From NCBI GenBank assembly GCA_964035545.1, contig OZ037766.1:17819081-17883080 (forward strand): 64,000 bases of DNA. The letters run 5' to 3'. Positions 1 through 8,500 of this stretch are shown here, one piece after another. A program made the position numbers and the translations under genes. Source of the stretch: Bugula neritina (Eukaryota > Animalia > Bryozoa). A model generated the notes under the pieces. It saw only the letters and a list, made by a program, of their open reading frames with translations. It was not told where the DNA came from and searched no databases. The stretch's first letter is position 1, and each line of letters opens with the position of its first letter.

Positions 1-604
1 TGTTTCAGAAATTCCTCAATCATGATTTTAAAGAAGTCTTTTGCAAATTTTGTGGTTACATGTTGGCTGTATGGTGGATTGTACCAAACAACTTTTCTTT
101 TTTGGTTTCGGGATTTCTGTTGTGTGTTGTCTGTTTGTGTTCTTGGTAGGAATTGTAGTTGGTGTTTATAGCTACTTTGGTTTAGGAGGTTTTGGTGGTT
201 GTAGGTGGATTGTGTGAAAATCGTCTCATTAGATGATATTTACAACAGTCGTTTGTTAACAGACAAGGGTAGGTTGGAGATTATGCTTGGTGGGTGGTTG
301 GATTTGCTATGAGTATATTTAGTAGAACTGTTTGGCTTAGTGTATATGGTGTGTAGGTTTTGTTGTTTAGGTTGAGCGTGGTGTCTAAGAAGTTGATAAT
401 TTCTTTATTTGCTTCGATTGTTATTTTTATTCCATTTTTATAAAATATTTTGCAGACATCCTTTTTTATGTTCTCTATTTTTTTTGGTGTTTTGGCGGAG
501 ACTCCTAAGGCTTTATCCCTGTACAGGCCGAAGCTTTTGCCATGCTTTTGTGTTATTAGGTTTAAAATGTACGCCCCAACTAGCTCGCATGTTTCAGCCC
601 CGTA

Positions 605-605
<1 letters not shown>
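1..605 (-). pseudogene. Degenerate Penelope-like retroelement (PLE) reverse transcriptase fragment: palm C-terminus, thumb and linker
   Basis: Minus-strand translation [13 protein letters not shown]...[10 protein letters not shown]...[25 protein letters not shown]. After a frameshift near 340 it continues [37 protein letters not shown]...RKVVWYNPPYSQHVTTKFAKDFFKIMIEEF*. These match invertebrate PLE RT motifs as I recall them (GAExCELVG, GLYRDDGL, NFLD, SNHPP, WFNPPY). Catalytic YRDD reads YRDK; a frameshift and stops are present. Confidence 0.85.

Positions 606-607
<2 letters not shown>

Positions 608-671
<64 letters not shown>
608..671. repeat. (TA)~28 microsatellite followed by (TG)4
   Basis: Directly visible; perfect TA run at 608-663. 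Confidence 0.98.
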
Positions 672-672
<1 letters not shown>

Positions 673-1596
673 AAGTCATAGCGCTAGTTTTAAAAAAAAC
701 AGCAGATAAAAAAGTGCTCAAATTATTATGTGTATAAGGGTTGAAGAATAAATTATTTAAGAATATGATGACATGTAATGCAACTAGAATTATTTTTATT
801 ATCTACATTTTTCCACTGTAACGAAATGTTTATGTTTCCTGGTTTTTACCTATTTATTCTGCATATTTTTTACACGTACTTACCACGGTAAATATTATAG
901 TTATCCCACTTGACGCATTACTTATGGCTATTTTTTAAATACTGTGGTTATAGCTAAGTTTATGTTGTGCAACTTTTTTATCGTAAACACTATAGCTATT
1001 GTTAAGCTTTTAGAGTAGTCAATAGTTTATCCCTTTCCCATCTTTACAAATTACAATGTTGTGCACTTGTTTTGGTTCAGTTTTGCTGATGTAAGATAAG
1101 GTCCATTTCGAGCTTCAGGCACCTGAAGACTGGAGCTCAGACTGAAGAGGATCAAGTAAAGCAATAAAGAATTACACTACCAACACTCGATCATAGATAG
1201 TACCATTGAATTTCCAACATTCTAACATTCCAGCAAAATAATATGACAGGGCTCTGTCTAACACTTTCAACAATTATCCAAAAGTGTTGATATATAACAT
1301 AATGTGGAGAAATTGAAAGTGTTGTATAGTAAATTCTTATATGTGATTTCCAATATCTCCATTACTACACCTACCTCCTTTATTTGGATTCATTTGCGTT
1401 ATGAGTTTTAACAGCTAGTTTCATTAACATGCTAAAGTTCAAAAGCCTCATCAGTGCTGTTACTAATTTACTAATTTCATTGTTCATAAAATTTAGAAGC
1501 TAGGTGCTTTTCAATATTACTAAAGTAAAAGTTAAATTCTTCAGCTATTTCTGTATCGCTCAAGGCTACCCAAGATGGATAGTCTTGATAGCATAT

Positions 1597-2281
1597 TGTA
1601 AGGGATTTTAGTTATGTTATTATCGAAAAGATAACTCCTCGTGGCTTACTCTCTATACGCTTGGCATAATGGCTATAAGTATTAAAGATCAATTATCATA
1701 ATAGCTGACAATTGGAATGCGTACAATCTCTCTTGTACTTGGCTGGACAATTATTGCTAGCTACTATTGCACGCAGTTAAACAAGGCAGGACTAGTTAAA
1801 TAGAATCAACAACTGTACGCAGAATAGCCAGTTAGCTCAATAGGAGGTGTAGATGGTTTGCACTGACAGTTAGCGTGCTTAGTAGAAGATGCTAGCGTTA
1901 TGCTTATGGTTATGGAATTAATTAGCATCGGCAGGGACGACTCAGCGTTGACTGTTATCCGACAGTATTTTACAGTCGACAGTGGCACCACTAACGCTAG
2001 CCAATCAGGACTGACATACTAATTGGTAGCAGGTGGAGCTAGCTACTCGTAGTGGAAGCGCACTGAGTAGCTAGCCGGGCAGAGCAGCTTGGGACTTCAC
2101 TTAGAGTAGTTGTGTGTAAATGCTCACTTATTATGTAATCGTTTCAATTCATGTTAGCAGTAGTTAGAACTTCTTGTATCTTGTAAATAATAAACTTATC
2201 ATAACGTAAATAACCTGGTATAGTGGCTTTGTTTAAGTTGATCCACACATAATAATATAGTGAATTGCGAAATTCACTACA
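1597..2281 (+). repeat. Putative 5' LTR (~685 bp)
   Basis: Starts TGTAAGGG at 1597 and ends ACTACA at 2281 (TGTA...TACA inverted termini), 1 nt before the PBS. Contains CCAAT (2001) and AATAAA (2189). The right end is well supported; the left end is inferred because there is no second LTR for comparison. Confidence 0.7.
2189..2194 (+). promoter_or_regulatory. Candidate LTR polyadenylation signal AATAAA
   Basis: AATAAA about 90 bp before the LTR 3' end, a typical position near the R/U5 boundary. Confidence 0.5.
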
Positions 2282-2282
2282 G

Positions 2283-2300
2283 TGGTGGCAGCGGTGGGAT
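2283..2300 (+). promoter_or_regulatory. Primer-binding site for tRNA-Leu
   Basis: TGGTGGCAGCGGTGGGAT is the exact reverse complement of ATCCCACCGCTGCCA-CCA, the 3' end of metazoan tRNA-Leu(AAG-type) as I recall it. It lies immediately after the LTR-terminal CA. Confidence 0.9.
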
Positions 2301-2342
2301 CCCACTTAATACAAATGCTCCTAGCCAGGGAGTAGAAAGAAG

Positions 2343-3230
2343 ATGGCTGACGAGGACAACGCGCCCAGACAGGAACCGGCAGCAGTAGAGGAGAATCACA
2401 TAGGCGGCCCGGCGCTGCCTATGGACAGGTACCACTTGCGGGCTCCCATCTTCTCGGGGGGGGGGGGGGGGTGGGAAGAAGATGTGGAGCAATTCATCAC
2501 TGAGTTTAGTGATGTGGCGGCCATCTGCAGATGGCCGAATAGGGTTACTCTGATCCAGCTGCAGTTATGTTTGACAGGGCCGGCTAAACCCTATGGGATA
2601 AGCCAGAATGTCGGTGACATATTTGAAACACTGCGAGCTCGGTTTGGATTAACTGCTCAAGATGCTCGCGTGCAGCTACAGGGGCTTAGGAGAAATCCTA
2701 AGACCAACCTGCGAGAGCATGCTACCGCAGTCGAACGACTGGCACAAGTCGCCTACAGCGACTTGCCTGCTGATAGTCGACAGAGCTTAGCACTGGATGC
2801 ATTCCTCCAGTCTATTAACAACCTCGGCCTGAAACAGCATCTGCTGGTGGCCGAAGTTGAGACTATGGAGAGAGCCCTAAGGCTTGGGAATGCCTATTTC
2901 CAAGCCGACAGTGCGAGTCGACCTGGTGCGACGATACAGCAGGTTGGAGCAGACGACGACGTGTTGACGTCGCCGGCGAAGACAGCTGTACATGTCGCCT
3001 CGGCAGCAGCAGACGAATCGACTAGCTTGACCACAAGCTTGATTCAAGAACTGCTAGCTGAGATCAGGCAACTGCGCCAGCAGTCCTCAGTCGAGCGACC
3101 CAGGAGGTCGTCGGTAGCTGTCGACAACAGGCGCCGCCCCGTATGCTGGGGCTGTGGTAGTGGTGGGCACTTTATACGAAGTTGCCTCCGCGGTAGTGGG
3201 AGGCAGTTGAACAGCAACGGCCCACGGTAA
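2343..3230 (+). CDS. gag: Gypsy Gag polyprotein (capsid-like domain plus CCHC zinc knuckle), 295 aa
   Basis: Open ATG-TAA ORF starting ~42 nt after the PBS. Retrotransposon gag-like N-terminus (FSG..EDVEQFITEFSDVAAICRW, LTGPA, LRARFG) and C-terminal CWGCGSGGHFIRSC (CX2CX4HX4C). Confidence 0.9.
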   Translation: MADEDNAPRQEPAAVEENHIGGPALPMDRYHLRAPIFSGGGGGWEEDVEQFITEFSDVAAICRWPNRVTLIQLQLCLTGPAKPYGISQNVGDIFETLRARFGLTAQDARVQLQGLRRNPKTNLREHATAVERLAQVAYSDLPADSRQSLALDAFLQSINNLGLKQHLLVAEVETMERALRLGNAYFQADSASRPGATIQQVGADDDVLTSPAKTAVHVASAAADESTSLTTSLIQELLAEIRQLRQQSSVERPRRSSVAVDNRRRPVCWGCGSGGHFIRSCLRGSGRQLNSNGPR

Positions 3231-4896
3231 CTTCCGCCGACCGTGGGCCCCAGTTTAACCCCCCAAGGCAGAGGCCAAGGTCCAAACCCCACCGGGTGAG
3301 GAGGCCGCCTTCGCCAGAGTGGCAAGCCCCAAGGAGAGTTAGTAGGACGCAAGGCCCACCAAAATCTCCGGCTTGGGCACTCAAAAACCGCTTTGAAGGT
3401 TTGCTTGATGAGGGAGTAAACGACGAAGAGGAGCAAAACAGGGATTTTCGTCGGTTGTCCACACGAGCACCAGTCCGAGAATTCACTCGGCCGCCCGTGT
3501 GTGAGCGAGACTGAGACGTAACCTGCCTGCCCACGTGACGTCGACGACCCCCTCGCAACCGAAAAGCACAGGTGCATCCCCAACTCCATGCACATGAGGT
3601 GTCGCCTCAAGAGACGAACTGCTCAGTGAGCGCTCAGCCATATGGAAGCAGCTATTTCCTCCCCGGCAAACTTGCTGGCAAAGCTGTCACGTTTCTGTTG
3701 GATACTGGGTGCACCACAAATCTACTGAGTTGGCGTCTATTCGACACTCTCAGTGCTAGGGACAGGGCTAGCCTAGAACCATATGAAGGGGAACACGGTG
3801 CGTTGGCGGACGGGTCGTGTATTCCTTTCTATGGGGTAATCCAGTTGACTGGTAGAGCCCGTGATCAAACGATCAGCGAGACCTTCATCGTCAGTCAACT
3901 CAAGGAGGACGCCATCTTGGGCATGCCATTTCTGAAACGACACAGGTGCTACATCGACTTCAGCAAGTCGGCGGTAGTGATGGCCGGGCGTGAGCTGGCC
4001 TGAGCTGGCCAACCCTTGGTGGGGGGAGTGCAGGTGGTACAGCGTTGCACTGCACCTGGGCGCTCCCGGGCTACAGTTCGCTGCAGAGTGAACTGTAGGG
4101 AAATCTTTGAGTTAGGAGTGGTGAAAGGTGCACTGGGGGGCGTCCAGCTCGCTAACAGTCTGAATAGGCTGGATGAGCGGGGGGGAGTTCCTGGTCCAGT
4201 GCGTAAATCCTTTCATGGAGCCGGTAGAATTGCCGGCTGGGTCTCTAGTGGGGAAGTTCCACTCTGACCAGGAGGAGGATGTAGGGCCCGCGCTGCAGAC
4301 GGCGGACAAAGCCCGTGGGGTACCCACTAGAGACAGCAGGGGGCCGGTGCCTGAACACGTAGCGGAGTTGTACGAGGATGCCTGTGATGGCTGTGAGAGC
4401 AAGCGAGAACGCCTGGTGATGGTGCGGCAACTCTCTGAGTACAAAGACGTGTTCAGTTGCGGCGACCACGACATGAGTCTGACTAAGACTGTCTGTCATG
4501 AGATACCCCTGGCGGCAGGGACAGCGCCCATTCGGCAGCCGACCCGCCGATTACGTCCTGAGAAGGAGAGAGAGGTGAGCCGTCAGGTGCAAGAGGTTCT
4601 GAACCGGGACCTGATTGAGCCAAGCAATGGGGCCTGGAGTTCTCCAGCTGTCCTGGTTTGAAAAAAGAATGGGAGCTGGAGGTTTTGTGTTGATTATCGC
4701 AGGCTGAACAGCGTGACCATCCAGGACGCTTACCCTCTTCTTAGGATCGATGAGTCGCTCAATGCCTTAGCTGGTAGCAAGTTCTTCAGCACGCTGGACT
4801 TGCTAAGCGGGTAATGGCAGGTGCCCCTGAGTCTTGAAGCACAGGACAAGGCAGCGTTTATAACACGGGATGGGCTCTGGAAATGGAAGGTGTTGC
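3197..4896 (+). pseudogene. pol: Disrupted pol: aspartic protease (DTG at 3701), spacer and N-terminal half of RT
   Basis: Protease FLLDTGCTT...ILGMPFL; RT PIRQPTRRL...[70 protein letters not shown]...AAFITRDGLWKWKVL. Stops at 3512, 3536, 4001, 4659 and 4812; frameshift at the G-run near 4179-4185; truncated at 4896. Confidence 0.9.
3206..3274 (+). promoter_or_regulatory. Candidate -1 programmed ribosomal frameshift signal (gag-pol)
   Basis: Pol is in the -1 frame and is open from 3197 across the gag end. Heptamer G_TTG_AAC (3206-3212), 6-nt spacer, then a perfect 10-bp stem GGCCCACGGT (3219-3228) / ACCGTGGGCC (3240-3249). Confidence 0.7.
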
Positions 4897-5476
4897 ATAT
4901 TTCAGTAGGTTACCATAAATTTCGGTATGTTGTAGTATATTCCAATGTGTTGCAGTGTATTTCAATATCTTACAGTGTATTTCAGTATGTTTCAATATTT
5001 TTAGGTATGTTTCAGCATGTTGAAGTATATTTCAGTATGTTGCAGTGCCATTCAATATATTGCAGTATATTTCAGTATGTTAACATGTGTTTCGGTATTT
5101 TACAGTACATTTCTGTATATTACAGTATACTTCAGTGTATTTCAGTATGTTGTAGTATTTTGCAGTATGTTTCAGTAGTTTGCAACATATTTCAGTAGGT
5201 TACCATATATTTCGGTATGTTGTAGTATATTCCAATGTGTTGCAGTGTATTTCAATATCTTACAGTGTATTTCAGTATGTTTCAATATTTTTAGGTATGT
5301 TTCAGCATGTTGAAGTATATTTCAGTATGTTGCAGTGCCATTCAATATATTGCAGTATATTTCAGTATGTTAACATGTGTTTCGGTATTTTACAGTACAT
5401 TTCTGTATATTACAGTATACTTCAGTGTATTTCAGTATGTTGTAGTATTTTGCAGTATGTTTCAGTAGTTTGCAAC
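4897..5476 (+). repeat. 290-bp near-perfect tandem duplication at the array edge
   Basis: The block starting at 4901 recurs at 5191 with the same private variants (TGCAGTGCCA, TAACATGTGT). Confidence 0.9.
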
Positions 5477-5519
5477 ATATTTCAGTAGGTTACCATATAT
5501 TTCGGTATGTTGCAGTATA

Positions 5520-8500
5520 TTCCAATGTGTTGCAGGGTATTTCAATATCTTACAGTGTATTTCAGTATGTTTCAATATTTTAGGTATATTTCAGTATGTT
5601 CAAGTATATTTCAGTATGTTGCAGTGTATTTCAGTGTGTTACAGTATATTTCAGTATGTTACAGTGCATTTCCTTATATTACACTATATTTCAGTGAGTT
5701 GCAGCGTAGTTCAGTGTGCTACAGCATATTTCAGTATGTTGCAGTGTTTTTCAACGTGTTACAATATATTTCAGTATATTACCGTATAGTTAGGTATGTT
5801 GCAGTTTATTCCAATGTGTTGCAGTGTATTTCAGTATGTTACAGTGTATTTCAGTATGTTGCAGTATGTTGCAATATGTTTCAGTATGTCGCAGTGTATT
5901 TCAGTATGTTGCAGTTTATTTCAGTATGTTACAATAAATTTCAGTATGTTACAGTACATTTCCAAACATTACACTATACTTCAGTGAGTTGCAGTATATT
6001 TCAGTATCTTGCAGCATAGTTCAGTGTGTTACAGTATATTTCAGTATGTTATAGTGCATTTCCAGATATTACACTATACTTCAGTGAGTTTTAGTGTCTT
6101 TCAGTATGTTGCAGTATATTTCAGTATGTTGTCGTATGTTTCAGTATTTTACAGAACATTTCTGTATATTACATTATACTTTAGTGTGTTGCAGTGTATT
6201 TCAGTATGCTGCGGTATGTTACAGTGTATTTCAGTATGTTGCAGTATCTTGCAGTATATTTCAGTATTTGTCAGTATATTTCAGTATGTTGCAGTATACT
6301 TCAGTGGGTTACAGTATATTTCATTATGTTGCAGTATGTTGCAGTATGTTTCAGTAGTTTGCAACATATTTCAGTAGGTTACCATATATTTCGGTATGTT
6401 GCAGTATATTTCAATGTGTTGCAGTGTATTTCAATATGTTACAGTGTATTTCAGTATGTTGCAGTATGTTACAGTATGTTACAGTGTATTTCAGTATGTT
6501 GCAGTATATTTCAGTGCGTTACAGTATATTTCAGTATGATACAATAAATTTCAGTATATTGGAGTATATTTCAGTGGGTTACAGCATATTTCAGTATGAG
6601 ACAGCGCACTTTGGTGCGTTACAGTATATTTTAGTATGTTGCAGTGTAATTCAGTATGTTGTCGTATGTTTCAGTATTTTACAGTACATTTCTAGATATT
6701 ACACTATATTTCAATGAGTTGCAGTGTAGTTCAGTGTGCTACAGCATATTTCAGTATGCTGCAGTGTTTTTGAATGTGTTACAGTATATTTTAGTATATT
6801 ACTGTATATTTAGGTATGATGCAGTTTAGTTCAGTATGTTACAATAAACTTCAGTATTTTACAGTACATTCCCATGTATTACACTATACTTCAGTGAGTT
6901 GTAGTATATTTCAGTATCCTGCAGTATGTTTCAGTATGTTACAGTATATTTCAGTATGTTGCAGTATATTTCAGTGTGTTACAGTATATTTCAGTATGTT
7001 ACAGTGCATTTCCAGACATTACACTATACTTCGGTAAGTTTTAGTGTCCTTCAGTATGTTGCAGTATATTTCAGTATCTTGCAACATATTCAATGTGTTG
7101 CAATGTATTTCGATATGTTTCAGTATATTTCAGTATATTACCGTATAGTTAGGTATGTTGCAGTTTATTCCAATGTGTTGCAGTGTATTTCAGTATGTTA
7201 CAGTGTATTTCAGTATGTTGCAGTATGTTGCAATATGTTTCAGTATGTCGCAGTGTATTTCAGTATTTTGCAGTATCTTTCAGTGTGTTACAGTATATTT
7301 CATTACGTTGCAGTATATTTCGGGAGTTTGATACATATTTCAGTAGGTTACCATATATTTCCGTATGTTGCAGTAGATTCCAATGTTTTGCAGTGTATTT
7401 CAATATCCTACAGTGTATTTAGGTGTGTTTCAATATTTTTAGGTATATTTCAGTATGTTGAAGTATATTTCAGTATTTTGCAGCATATTTCAATGCGTTG
7501 CAATGTATTTCAATTTGTTGCAGTGTAATTCAGTATGTTACAGTACATTTCCATATATTACACTATACTTCAGTGAGTTGTAGTATATTTTAGTATGTTG
7601 CAGCATATTTCAGTATGTTGCAGTGTTTTTCAATGTGTTTCAGTATATTTCAGTTTAGTACCGTATATTTAGGTATGTTACAGTTCATTCCGATGTGTTG
7701 CAATGTATTTCAATATGTTACAGTATATTTCAGTATGTTGCAGTATATTTCAGCGTGTTTCAGTATATTTCAGTATGTCACAGTGCATTTCCAGATATTA
7801 CACTATAATTCAGTGAGTTTTAGTGTTTTTCAGTATGTTGCAGTATGTTGCAGTGTATTTCAGTATGTTAAAGTGTATTTCAGCAGGTTTCAGTGTCTTG
7901 CAGTATATTTCAGCATGTTGCAGTATATTTCAGGATGTTGCAGTATGTTTCAGTATGTTACAGTATTTTGCAGTATTTTGCAGTATATTTCGGTATCTTG
8001 CAACATATTTCAATGTGTTGCAATGTATTTCAATATGTTACAGTGTATTTCAGTATGTTTCAGTATCTTGCAGTATATTTCAGTGTGTTACAGTATATTT
8101 CATTATGTTGCAGTATGTTACAGTATAATTCGGTATCTTGCAACATATTTCAATGTGTTGCAATGTATTTCAATATGTTACAGTGTATTTCAGTATGTTG
8201 CAGTATGTTGCAGTGTATTTCAGTATGTTACAGTGTATTTCAGTAGGTTTCAGTATCTTGCAGTATATTTCAGCATGTTGCAGTATATTTCAGAATGTTG
8301 CAGTATGTTTCAGTATGTTACAGTATTTTGCAGTAATTTGCAGTATATTTCAGTGTGTTACACTATATTTCATTATGTTGCAGTATGTTGCAGTATATTT
8401 CAGTATTTTGCAGCATATTTCAATGCGTTGCAATGTATTTCAATTTGTTGCAGTGTAATTCAGTATGTTACAGTACATTTCCATATATTACACTATACTT

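Larger units (their letters stand above)
1597..4896 (+). mobile_element. 3'-truncated Ty3/Gypsy LTR retrotransposon (5' LTR, PBS, gag, pro, partial RT)
   Basis: Order LTR-PBS-gag(CCHC)-protease(LLDTGC)-RT([30 protein letters not shown]) is Gypsy-type. No RNase H, integrase or 3' LTR is present in the window. Confidence 0.93.

Noticed and set aside
281-721. 146-aa minus ORF and 90-aa plus ORF (409-681) as real genes
   Set aside because: The YIYI stretches are translated (TA)n. Only the PLE-derived part of the minus frame is meaningful, and it is a pseudogene.
730-750. AAGGGTTGAA as a piggyBac/MITE-like terminus
   Set aside because: Imperfect match to AAGGG-TTAA, and I found no partner terminal inverted repeat.
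1070-1170. Possible exon after TTGGTTCAG and the small inverted repeat CTTCAGG-CA-CCTGAAG (1113-1128)
   Set aside because: All three frames stop within about 20 nt of the putative acceptor, and a single 7-bp inverted repeat can arise by chance.
1806-4499. Antisense ORFs over the LTR, gag and pol (1806, 2277, 3044, 3172, 3773, 4112, 4245)
   Set aside because: Shadow ORFs of relatively GC-rich retroelement sequence with no recognisable motifs.
3512-4661. In-frame TGA codons in pol as programmed readthrough or selenocysteine
   Set aside because: They co-occur with a TAA stop, a frameshift and truncation, and fit CGA>TGA decay better.
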